A DNA stretch of 62,882 nt, filler included, from Octopus bimaculoides (taxonomy: Eukaryota), in assembly GCF_001194135.2 (NCBI RefSeq). It is 4 parts of 4 records of this genome, joined end to end, with 100 filler letters (N's around TTAATTAATTAA, not from the genome) between each part and the next. Parts side by side here need not be neighbours in the genome. Positions count along the whole stretch, not along the records: positions 20,101 to 50,951 come from NC_068999.1; 3 more parts are not named here. One strand, given 5' to 3'. Below the pieces are notes generated by a model. The model had not been told where the DNA came from and ran no database searches. It saw nothing but the letters and a program-made list of their open reading frames with translations. The stretch's first letter is position 1. Each line of letters opens with the position of its first letter. Position numbers and translations under genes: made by a program. This document shows positions 36,601 through 48,290 of the stretch, piece by piece.

Positions 36601-37102
36601 TCCAAGCCCTTAGTTTCAACAACAACAATACTGACCAGTTTTTATTTCCAAAGATCATGCACTACTTGCAATGTAACAGTTTCAAATGGGTAGGGAGAAA
36701 ATATCAGGAGATCAGGAATTGCTCATTTTGCCCCAGTTACCAATTTCCTCTACCTCCACCCCTACCTCACCCCTATTACATTTTGAAGCAATCAGAGAAG
36801 TGGATAGTGGAGTGTTTTGAGAAGAAATTATTATTTTATCAAACAGTTCAACCAAACAGACCACAAAGTTGCCTTTTGACAACCATCAGATATACAGCTA
36901 TTTGTGACAAATTTCAACAATCATTCATATCTGCACATAAAGACCAGTAAATAAATTACATATGGTACACAACGTCAATTTCGGCATCTGGGCTATTTTG
37001 TGACAAACAGTGACAACAAGTAGGATCAAGTTTTGCAAATTGTTTATGCATATGATGTCCATGTACCAGAGGATTTAAACCCACTGCCATTGGTTGACTT
37101 AC

Positions 37103-38658
37103 CTTATTTTACCAGTAAAACAGAACAAGCAAACCACAGTATACAAGCACCATGTTACTTTCTGAGATTCCTGCTGGGACCTAATCAAATAATCTTTTCA
37201 ACTGAGTATCAGGTCGATGTGCTTAAATATTTTTAATAATTATACATTCAAAAGAAACCGAATCTGAGGTTATGAGTACCAAGATGAACACACAATGATG
37301 GGTGTGAGTTTCTTCAGTGTGTGTGTGTGGGATATGGAAACACACGCATGTGAAGAATGAAGGAAGCAATAGTCACATGTAAGTAGACAGTTAGAGAGGG
37401 GCAGAAAGGTTATTAATGAACCAGTAGGTAAAACCATGAAAATGTAAAATGTACAACTTAATATGTTATTTTAATCCACAAGGGAAATGAATTGTGTCGG
37501 GGAGATTTCTTGTCTCCGAGATGGAGGATGAGGATGGAATATTTTGAATTAGCTGCAGTATAGACTGCAACATTTCCCTTTGCTGGGACTGTTCCTCTTG
37601 AATATTTTCAATTGCAGTGAATAGCCGCCGATCCGGAACTGAAATAGAAAACAGAAAAAGAAAAGGTAGAGTAGAGTTACGAAATACTTGCTGAGTATAC
37701 CTCTTGACATTAGTTGTTTATAGATATACTGAAAATAATACACAATCAATAATAATCTCATTTCACATTTGCTTTCTGGAATCAGAAAGATCGCTAAACC
37801 AACAATCAACAACTGTGGCCTTATATAAGGTCTAGTATAACACTAATATTTATCTGCCTTTTCTAGTTTGCCGTGATAAGAGGTAGGGGTTTCATATTTC
37901 ACAAATGGGAATTATGATACCTATTTAACAGGGAAGTAGCACCTTGTTTCAGTGCCCTGAGGACCTCTAGAATAGTAAAAGACACCAAAGTTAATATTAC
38001 AGTATTATATTCCTCATGCAAATACGAAGTTTTTGTACCTCTTCACCCAAAAAAGAAAACATCCAACATGGAGATGCTCTGGCTATCTGAAGCTAAAACT
38101 TATGATATCCTCACACAAATATCAGCAGACCAGTTAGGATGAGTTATACAATTTATTGTTTTTAAATAATCCTTTTGAAACAAGATAGGTTAAATTGATA
38201 AAATTCTTGAACATGTTTTTTTCTTTTGATTCTACCCTCATTTACCTGCCAGTTATTTCTTAAGCACTGAAATTATGTATCAGGTGAAAGCATACATTTC
38301 AAGCATGGCTCTCCAAGGAATGATCCCAAGAGCTTTTGAGCACAAAATGTTTTATTTTTCTGTTTATAAATAAATTTGAAACTACTTTCCACATACCGAT
38401 GATATAATATTGACTTACCATGCAACAACTATTCAGATTTTCCTGACAGGTTGGGAGGAGCTACATTTGCACTTCTTTCTTTTGGCGTATAATGAATGTC
38501 AGTTGGTTGTGGATATCTACTTGGCTCTGGAGAAGACAAGTGGGGGTTGAGATGCTCTCTCTTTTGGAAACTGAACGACAAGAGGAGGCTTTTGAAGCGT
38601 CCGTCTTTGATACTCAGAATCATCATCATCATCCTCATCATCTGAGAAAACTGATGCC
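37103..38658 (-). pseudogene. Decayed spliced ORF (2-3 exons), possibly a DUF4806-type transposon accessory gene
   Basis: Exon 38658-38419 (TATAG acceptor, G|GTAAGT donor; SDDEDDDDDSE, Pro-rich, frameshift and stop); exon from 37638 (long pyrimidine tract, TTTCAG) VPDRRLFTAIENIQEEQSQQREMLQSILQLIQ...LPDTIHFP; exon 37180-37103 with GTAAGT donor. Family assignment is by recall only. Confidence 0.4.
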
Positions 38659-40178
38659 CTATACAAAATAACATGAAAAATAAACAGGGAATTACATGTA
38701 TTTCCCTTCACACAGTGAATAACCTGGGTATATGTTTGTCAATAGAACACATTGCAACTCATACAAATGTTTATAAGCCTCAAACTTGTAGTGCTATCTA
38801 TGGACATGTCTGACAGCCTATCTGCACTTTCACGTAAAATGAAAGGTGGATGGTAGGTGGGGACTCAGAGTTTTACATAGGTGGCCTCAGGAACTGATAT
38901 TCAGCCCCACTTCCAATGCAAATAATAAAATCAGCAAACATGGGGGTCATCCTAGCTGTCAGATATGTTGATAAACCCCAAGACAAAAAAATAAACAAAC
39001 ATCTAAAAGTGATTCACTAATTATACTACTTATTAAAGAACTTTTTGTCTGAAATCTGTAGACAGGCTATCTGTAGCTCTCCTAATGATATCCATTTCTG
39101 TAGGGTTTCATTGAGAAATTTGAAATATATTTTGAGCTGTAGTAGGTTTATGTTGGTTTATTTTCTGTTTGTTTTTGGCAACACACATCAAAACAAATAT
39201 TCTGTCAAATGTTAATAACCACTCAAGTATTAGCTTTAAATGTAAACACCATAATGTTTGTTGATGCTTCAAAAAAACAATTTTAACAACTTTTTTCATC
39301 CCAATTTAACATACCTTAAATTAAATGTTTGGCTCCTAGTTTTAAAAATGGCATTTTTTGAAAAAGTGTTTTTAGTCTTATTTATGACACTAGATAAATC
39401 ACATGTTTTTTAAATCCTAACTTTCGACAGGGATATTGAATTTCCCTGCTTTCTATGTGGAAAATGAAAGGATTGCATTTTGAGTTGCTTCCACTGTCCC
39501 TGCTTGGAACACAAAAATATTGCGTGTCCAGCTGCAGCATGACAGCAATCCAATAGTCCAATGTTGGAGTTCTGCTTTAAAAAAAAAATCACAATTCTGC
39601 TACAAATACATTTTTTTCTAAATGGACGATGGTAGTAGTAAATGGAACTGACAATGAGAAATGCAAGAAGTAAAATAACTCCGTTTTGATGTTGTATTGA
39701 TGATGAGCTGATATCGGCAAAAAATTATCAATATTCCGCAAAAAATTATCAATATTCCGATGTAATTCTTCCCTTTACTAATTCTACTTATTAGATAATT
39801 ATTAAATATTTAAATGTTAGTATTTCAAAATATGAATCACAGAATGACTTTTTTTTTAAGATAGTAAAGAAACTTAACAATATAGGATTATGGTTATATC
39901 TTGTTGAAAACATTAATTCTTAACTGACAGCCCAAGTCAGGTTTGGTTATGACTTAAGAGTATCAGCTGATGGAGATACATTAGTAAAAAGCTGCTTTTT
40001 CATTCTAATTGTGTTATATTTGTACACAGTAAAAAACAAAATTAACTTAATATTGTATATCAAACACACTTAAAGAAAGTTCAAAATGTTATCAGGGCAA
40101 TTCATGACTTATCTTTGGCAGCTTGGTATGCCTTTCAGTAAGTAAATGTTGCTTATTAGCACACTTTTTTAGCATGTC

Positions 40179-40414
40179 ATAGAAAATTTCTATTTGTAAA
40201 TCTCTCAATAAGAGACATTCAGTAACAGTGCTCTAGAGTAAAGATTATTTGCCAACATAATGTGGCAGTCCTGGTTAAGGATGAATGTTACTGTTATTTA
40301 GCCCCAGGAAACATCGTCTCTAGCTGGCTATACGATACAGTATCTGCGTCCTTATATTTTCGAACAAGGGAGTTTAGCATCCCCACTCAGTACAAAATAA
40401 TATCTGTGTATTGC
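40179..40414. repeat. ~235-bp repeat, copy 1 (copy 2 at 46897-47131, same orientation)
   Basis: Long identical blocks, e.g. GTCCTTATATTTTCGAACAAGGGAGTTTAGCATCCCCACTCAG. Confidence 0.9.
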
Positions 40415-40429
40415 AGTTTGGCTAGAGGT

Positions 40430-43400
40430 AAATTCTTTATTACGATAATGACTATCACATAAAGAGTGGACAATACAGGACAATACACACAAATAATGTT
40501 ATGATGAGTTCGAATGTAACTTATGGATTAAAAATACTGATGAAGTATGTATATATATATATTTTAACTTTTGGGTGGGATTATACCCGGTTGCCTGAAA
40601 GGCCCAGTGGCTATCCCTTTCCTTTTTCCAATGAGGATTAAGTAGGGTTACTCGTACCCACCTTTCTTATCACAGCCTTCCATCTTTTCTCGAACACACT
40701 TCACAACAGAATTCTCCTCTCCAGCCCTATCTTGCTCTTCAGATGCTATCTGAAGTATAGTAGCAGACCAGGGCCAGAGATGAAGGATCCCGCCATGAGT
40801 CCTTATATTCTGGCCTTCCACACACACTCTTTCAACACTGCTACTGAACAGAGGAAACATGGCTCACCTTCCTTTGAGAGTCCAGTTGGCAGTACAATCT
40901 TTATTGTAGATTCAGCCAATAGCTGTACTCTGCCCAGATGTGACAACATGTGTTCAACGTAAATTACGTCTTTTAATGAAACCAGGTTTGAATCTCTCCA
41001 AGGAGGCTGGTCACGGGAATTCTTTCCACCAGCAGATTCCACATCTTATCAAGCCTGAAAGCTTCTGGCACTGTACAAAAGCATACTGGATGGTTTGATC
41101 ATCCAGCCCACATCTTGGACATGCCGTTGGCACTGACATTCTATGCCTGGATAATTTATCGCGAACAGGTAAAGTGTTCCTGTAGCACTGCCAGGTCAGG
41201 GATTTTTCGTAATTATCCAAATACTCCGGCCTGAAAGATTTTTGGAACAGGTTGACAAGTTGGCTTTTGTCGAACTCCAGAGCCCCTCCTAGGACATCAT
41301 CATTTTTAAACTCTACCAGGTCTTTATACAAAACCGAAGTGATATTCCCACTGCCAGCCTTGCCTGTCTTATGGATTAGCATGAGTGCCTCTCGACATTC
41401 CTTTTGCTATTCTATCAGATTACGTCTTTTAATAAAACCGGGTTTGAATCTCTCCAAAGACGCTGGTCACGGAAAGAATTCCTCCACCAGCGGATTCCAC
41501 ACTTTGTCACCCTCTAGGTAGCGCCAGAGATGTCTCAGCCTGAATGCATATCTGTGCATCATTAGCCAGGGCATCCCTAACCCACCCTTTAATCCTTTCC
41601 ACAATAAGCGGAAGAGGAGGCGCTCCAACTTGTTTAACCACGAGTCAGAGCAAGGGACAACGGTTAGGCGGTAGGTGATTACAGATGCAATAAACACCTG
41701 TACCACCTCTGCCCTTCTGTCCACGGACAGAGCCCGTCCGGACCAAGTCCGGACTAGGGCCTCCACCCTGTCTGCCACCTTGCTCCAATTCTCCATCTGG
41801 GAGTCCAGTCCAAACCAAACTTAAAAGGACCATCTGTCCAATGACCCAAGACACTGGACGATATCGACTTGCTCCTCCAGGTGCCGAGGCACAAGCCGAT
41901 GGACATGTCCTTGCTAAATTTTACCCATGCCACCGCCTCATATTCTTTGATAGTGTCCTCTACACAAGGTAGCTGAGCCTCGTTGGACACGATGATGGTG
42001 ACGTCATCCGCATAAGCAAAGACCGACTTCCCGCATCCACTTTTCATTGGGAGGTTCGCCCCAAATTCTCCAAATTCTGTAGTAATGGCTCAAGAGCCAG
42101 CATGTACAGAAGTGGAGACAGGGGACAATCTTGACGAACCGAACGCTTGATCGAAAACAGCTCTGACAGGTAGCTGTTTATCTGAACTGTGGATTTGATG
42201 GCGCTATACATTGTGGAGATCCATCTACGGAAGTCCGCTTTGAGGACTGCCTCCAGGTTCTGGTGGTCTACCCTATCAAATGCTTTACTTTGGTTTAAAT
42301 GGACCAGTGCCCCACTTTTGCCAGTTAATTTACCCAACCTGTCTAAGGTGCAGTGTATAAGGTAAAACTTGTCCTGGGTCGACCTGCCTGGAACGGTGCA
42401 TGCCTGCGCCTTCCCTACAAGCTTCTCCACATGTGTCAACCTTTTTGCAAACATGTTGGTCAAAATCTTTAACTCTACATTGAGTAGAGTTATGAGCCTG
42501 TACTTAATAATACTGTCCCACTTGCTTGGGTCCTTCTAGATCTGCATCACTACTCCCCAACTCACAGAGCTGGGAATCCTCCCATTCTGTTGCCAGTTTG
42601 TGTAGACGCCTGCCAGCATGCTACGAGAAAACTCAGGGTAGACCATCCAGCTCCAGCAACTTGTCCCCGTCGCACTCGGCCAACACCTCTTTAACCTCCG
42701 CAGTTGTAATCAGTCCTTCATAGTATTCCGCTTCACATGCCAAGAGTCATGGCCCACCGGCGAGGAAGCCCTTTACGAATTCCCCATGCTCGAGCGTGTC
42801 GCTCTGCCCAAACAAACGGATAAAATGCTGGTGAAGGCCTTTTGCATCTTTTCCTGTCCATAGATCTTGTGCCCCTGTTTGTCTGTTAAAGACTTTATAG
42901 AGGCCTTTTTTGCCCCTCTGACACTCCACACAACGGGCCCATCCGGCAACGTTAATACCTTCTTGTCCCACTGCACGTAGCTTAGCTCTAACCCTGCAGA
43001 CGTCGTGTTTGGCTTTGAGGTGACAGTACAAGACCGTTCTTGCTGCCAGCACTCTAGCTGCAGAGCCAGATTCCATAGCCTCATCTAAATTCTTAACTAG
43101 TTCCCTTCCTATTCTAGATCTATCTAAACTTAGCTGATTGCTAAATCTAATAGACTCTAAACGAATGGCTCTCTTGAGGGCATGCCACCATCTATTATTA
43201 ATGATGGCGCCACATAGTGCCCTCTGTACTAAATCCTTAATCTGGGCACGGAAGGCTTCACAAGTCAAAATAGACTTGTTCATCTTCCAGTACCCGGGTC
43301 CCTGTCTATGACATTTATCTATATGTGTCACACACATCACAAATTTGCGGTCCGTGTAAGGTACAATACAAAATTGTGGACTACTAAAAGTATTCCTATC

Positions 43401-44270
43401 TCTTTCTCCAACGAATACCCTATCTATATAAGATCTGCGTGAGCCGTCGTTATTACTCCACATCCACTGTGGAATGCTCGGCTCATCCAGTCTGTAATGG
43501 TCTACTAGACTATAGCTATCTAGTAGACCCTTGAGGCCACAATTTCCCATCCTATCAGTCGAGCCAACACTATCCACCTATGCATCGAGGATACTCTTAA
43601 ACTCTCCTAACAGAACTACCATTTTTGACGTCACTAGAAAGTGCTCTTGGTCTCGATATAGACCAGACTGGCTACACTCTTTAGGAGCATAAACCGCTAC
43701 CAACTTGAAGGACGGTTTTCTTTCGTGAGTCACATCCAGGACGACCAGCCTACTTTCTGGGTCCAGAAAAACTGTACTTAGCTGTAAGTCCAAGGTCTTC
43801 TTGAGTAGGACCATCATGCCCCCTCCTCCTCATCGGCTAGGAGAAATAAATTTCTCATAGCCATTTAGAAGAGGCGAGAACACTTGTGGTCCACTCATCT
43901 TGGACTCAATTGCAATGCATACATCTATATCTCATGACCTGAGGTCATTCGGGAGACAAACTTGTTTCCATTTCAACTCCAGCCTACGTACATTTATACA
44001 CCTTAACTTAATCGCCATAGTGAAAAATGGAAAAAAAAGGAGTAACTGACAGTTTGAGTTTGAGGAGGGGCTGCACAAATTCGGCTGCCTCTCCATCCTT
44101 TTCTTTTAATGGTGTAGCCGCTGGGCTTTTCATTTGTGTAGCCACTGGGCTTTTCATTGGTGCCGTCGCTGGGCTTGTTAATAACTTTTGTCTGCCATTT
44201 GGGAGCTGGTGTCTATGATATCCTCCAGATACCTTCCCTTCAGCTCCAAAAATAGGCCCACGTCCAAAAT
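40430..44270 (-). mobile_element. L1/Tx1-type LINE, downstream unit: end of ORF1, ORF2 (APE-RT-zf-RVT) and 3' UTR; frameshifted
   Basis: KLVAVYAP, VLLGEFKSILD, GPGYWKMNKSIL, HLNQSKAFDRVDH, SVRQDCPLSPLLY, AYADDVT, WQCYRNTLPV...CPRC...AFVQC, AATAAA near the 3' end. Confidence 0.92.
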
Positions 44271-46819
44271 CTTTAACTCTTTAACTCTACATTAAGTAGA
44301 GTTATGGGCCTGTAATTACTAATACTATCCCCCTTGCTCGGGTCTTTCTGGACCAGCATCACTACTTCCAGCTCACAGAACTGGGAATCCCCCCGTTCTG
44401 TTGCCAGTTTGCATAGATGCCTGCCAGTATGTCCCCGAACAAGTCCGGCATGCAACGATAAAACTCATAGGGTAGACCATCCAGCCCTGGCAACTTTTCC
44501 CCGGCGCACTCAGCCAACACCTCTCTTACCTCCTCTCGAGGTAAGAGAGGTGACGGTACAAGACTGTTCTCACCGCCTGCACTCTAGATGCAGAGCCAGA
44601 TTCCATCGCCTCATCTAAGTTCTTAACTAAATCGCCCTCTATTCTAGTCCTATCTAAACTTAGCTGCTTGCTAAATCTAATGGACTCCAAACGGCTCTTT
44701 TGAGGGCATGCCACCATCTATTATTAATGATAGTGCCACATAATGCCCTCTGTACTAACACCTTAATCTGGGTACGGAAGGCTTCACAAGTCAAAACAAA
44801 TTTGTTCATCTTCCAGTACCCTGGTCCCTGTCTATGACATGTATCTATATGTACCTCACACATCACAAGTTTGTGATCCATGTAAGGCACAATACAAAAT
44901 TGTGGACAGCTAACAGTATTGTTATCTTTTTCCCTAACAAATACCCTATCTAAGTACGATCTACATGAGACGTCGTTGTTACTCTACGTCCACTGTGGAA
45001 CGCTCGGCTCATTCAGTCGGTAATGGTCTACTAGATTAAAGCTGTCTAGTAGACCCTTGAGGCTAGGATTACCTTTCCTCTCAGTCGAACCAACACTATC
45101 CACCCGTGCATCAAGTATAGTGTTAAAGTCTCCTAACAGAACTACCGTTTTTGAGGTCACTAGAAAGTGCTCTAGTTCTCGATAAAAACCCGACTGCCTA
45201 CACTCCTTAGGAGCATAAACAGCTACCAACTTGAAGGACTATTTACTCTCATGGGTAACATCTATGGCGGCCAGCCTACTTTCTGGGTCCAGAAAGACAG
45301 TACTTAGCTGTAAGTCCAAGCTCTTCCTGATAAGGAATGCGACGCCTGCACCTCTTCCCCGGTTAAGAGAAATAAATTTCTCGTAACCATTGAGAAAAGG
45401 CAAGAACGCTTGAGGTTCACTCATCTTGGACTTGGTTACAATAGCCACATCTATTCTATGTGTCGTGAGGTCGTTCAGGAAACAAGCCTGTTTCCATCTC
45501 GACCCCATTCCACGCACATTTATACAACCTAACTTAATCATCGAGGAAAGAAAAATATTCTACTCGCGGTTGTTAGAGGGAGCATGGCAGTTTTTGTCTG
45601 CCTGCCTCTCCAACACTCCCCGTAGCTGCTGGGCTTTTCACCGGCGTTGCCACCAGGCTCTGGGTTGGTGTGGCTGCCGCGCTGATAACCTACTTGCCCG
45701 TTATCACATCTTGTGTAATGTCTTTTGCTAAATTGTCCTTTACATGTTCTTGGAGTTTCTCTTTCCACTCCTCCTCGCCAACCTTTGCATATCGAATGTG
45801 GGACTCTTTGTCTGTAGGTTTAAAAAATTTAATTCTCGGGTGTGCTTTAATTAAGCATAACGCCTTCTCGTTTTTCACATTAAAAGATACAGTCCTATCC
45901 ATTTTTTAAATCCTTTTAGCGTTGGGAGGTGGGGTATGGCAAACTGTTGTCCTATTAACGTAGTGCCAGCGGGGTGGGATTAGGGAATTTTTTTGTGTTG
46001 TTCATCTGCATTAATTTTTTTTTTTTTGCTGTTTGGGTGGGGAGTCCAGGGTATTAACTTTCTTCCATTTGTGGGAGACTGGTGTAAATTCCATTTCCTC
46101 TTGTTCCTTTTCATTTGTTTGTTTTTTTGCTTCCTCTTTTTGGTTTTCATTCTGTTTTTTTTTCATCCTTTTGTTTTGTTTTGTTTTTTTTTTCAGTTTT
46201 TTTCCTTTGTTAGTACTACGTTTTCAAGTTTATTTTTCTCAGTGTTATGAGGAGGGACTTCAACTGCTTTTTTCTTTGTGCAGGTAGACCGAACGTAGAA
46301 AACAGTTTTTTCTCGTATAGCCTGAACAGTTTCAGGGGGCGGTACCAATTTTGTTTCATCTTCACTTTTCTCGATTAAACTTCTGAACTGGAAGAGCTTG
46401 TCCATGGCTACTTCCAGTTCAACGACATTTCTGCCCACGGCAGCCGAAAAACTTTGCTTTTCCTGGGTATCCTTGAATTTTTCATTGTTTTTACCATCTC
46501 CCATCTCAGGAAAATCCTGGTTCGAAATGAGGTCAAACTCCATGTTAGAAACTTGTCGCAAATGACAAATGACAAAAATATTTTTTTTAAAAACCCGAAA
46601 AGGTTAATAATAACAGTTCACAAAAAACAATATTCAGAAATTTTCTGCCCCATAGGGCGAAAATTACTGTTTGTCAAACGACAACAGTTCAAATATACAT
46701 AACGTATCACACAATAACAAAAAAAAACATAGACTGAAACGAACTCACGTAACATTGGGTAGCAAATGAAAAAATTGACGTGTAACAGAGGGAAAATTGT
46801 TTGGGTGGAGGAATTGTTC
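44271..46819 (-). mobile_element. L1/Tx1-type LINE, upstream unit: 5' region, ORF1 remnants, APE and start of RT; 3'-truncated
   Basis: MIKLGCINVRG, VLLGDFNTILDARVD, GPGYWKMNK, KDPSKGDSISNYRPITLLN then break; ORF1 pieces at 46193-46561 and 45690-45902. Confidence 0.88.
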
Positions 46820-46896
46820 GGCTAGAGGTGGTGCTGTTAAATTCTTGTTCAGAAAATATAGTTTTCAAAGTAGCACACAGTCACTGATCTAATAAA

Positions 46897-47131
46897 ATAG
46901 AAAATTCTATTTATAAATCTCTCAACAAGAAACATTCAGTAACAGTACTCTAGAGTAAGGATTATTTCCCAATGTAACATGGCAGTCCAGGTTTAGGATG
47001 AATGTTACTGTTATTTAGCTCCAGGGAACATCGTCTCCAGCTGGCTATACAATACACTATCTGTGTCCTTATATTTTCGAACAAGGGAGTTTAGCATCCC
47101 CACTCAGCACAAAACAATATCTGTGTATTGC
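46897..47131. repeat. ~235-bp repeat, copy 2
   Basis: Aligns with 40179-40414. Confidence 0.9.
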
Positions 47132-47769
47132 GATTTCTGGGTTAATCAATATTTGCATATTTATTCTCAACACATCTAGGCAGGTTCAAACACAAAATAT
47201 GTTGACTGCTTTAGTGTATGTCTTTGGAGAATAATTTCTCCCTTTTAGACAACTGTATTCAACACACTCATCTCATTGGTGCACAGCATATTGGGACACC
47301 AGCATGTCAACATGTTGTGTCTCATCAGCCAGAAGTAGTCAAAACTTTGAGACTAGCCAAAGCTACTGGCTTTGTTACACTTTCAGTGAACAGAATTGTT
47401 TGCTGATTTGTGCTTATATCTACCAAATGACAACAGTGAGTTCAAGAATGAATATATGCATATTTATTCTTATCATGGTTTGGTAATATAAGTATTTTTA
47501 TTCTTTAGTAGTGCATAAAATAAATTCCAGCTTTTGATACTTGTTATATAATAAAAAGTTTACTCATGTGTATAAGAAGCTAAAAACTTCAGCAGCATTT
47601 TTATTGCTTTACTATGGCTACGTCTTCCACAGAAATCTAGAACTTCAAAAAGTTCTTCATCCTCTTTTAAAATCAAAGGAAGAATGACTTTAACAGAAGA
47701 TTTATTATATGGATCCCACATTCATTTATACACTTTTGATGGAAGTGAGTGAAAATAATGTTCAACTTT

Positions 47770-48290
47770 GATCAACATTTCTTTCAGGTTGGTTTCAATA
47801 ATACTAGAAATTTGCTGATACTCTTCTTCACTTGCCCCAGCAGTAGTTGAGACATTTCAGATTTCCTTTTGCAACATTATTTACCCACGAATCTTGTTGC
47901 TTGAAGTCAGTATGCTTTCTCTATTGACTTGTTGAAGCAACTCATGCAATGAAAAGTGTCTGCAACAATTTTCATTTTCAAAGTACTTGATAAATTCTGG
48001 CTTATTGTTTTCTTGAAAGATTCCTGCAATTCATCTTCCAACTCAAACACCTAATTAGGAACTCTTCTATTCAGTGACTAGATTTAAATTTCTCTTTGTA
48101 GTAAAAAAACTTGTGTTCTTTGTTCAGATTTTTACAATGTTTTTTAAACATTCTAATGTAAGCTGGTCTTTGTTTAATAAAATTGACCATTTTTGTTGTA
48201 TCATCATAAGCATTTTTTAATTTATTTCCAAGACATTTTGAAATCAACATCCCCCTGTGAAAAAAAAAAAAAGAATGTGCAGCATTGATT
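47770..48290 (-). mobile_element. hAT (Charlie-like) transposase catalytic-region fossil
   Basis: H REMLISK.LGNKLKNAYDDTTKMVNFIKQRP...RMFKK.C...EH; ELEDEL; ILTSSNKI, cf. HCxxHRExL..K...VNFIKxRP. Confidence 0.7.

Noticed and set aside
39420-39580. NSNIGLLDCC resembling a PLAC8/cornifelin motif
   Set aside because: Only a short match; the rest of the frame lacks the Cys-rich pattern.
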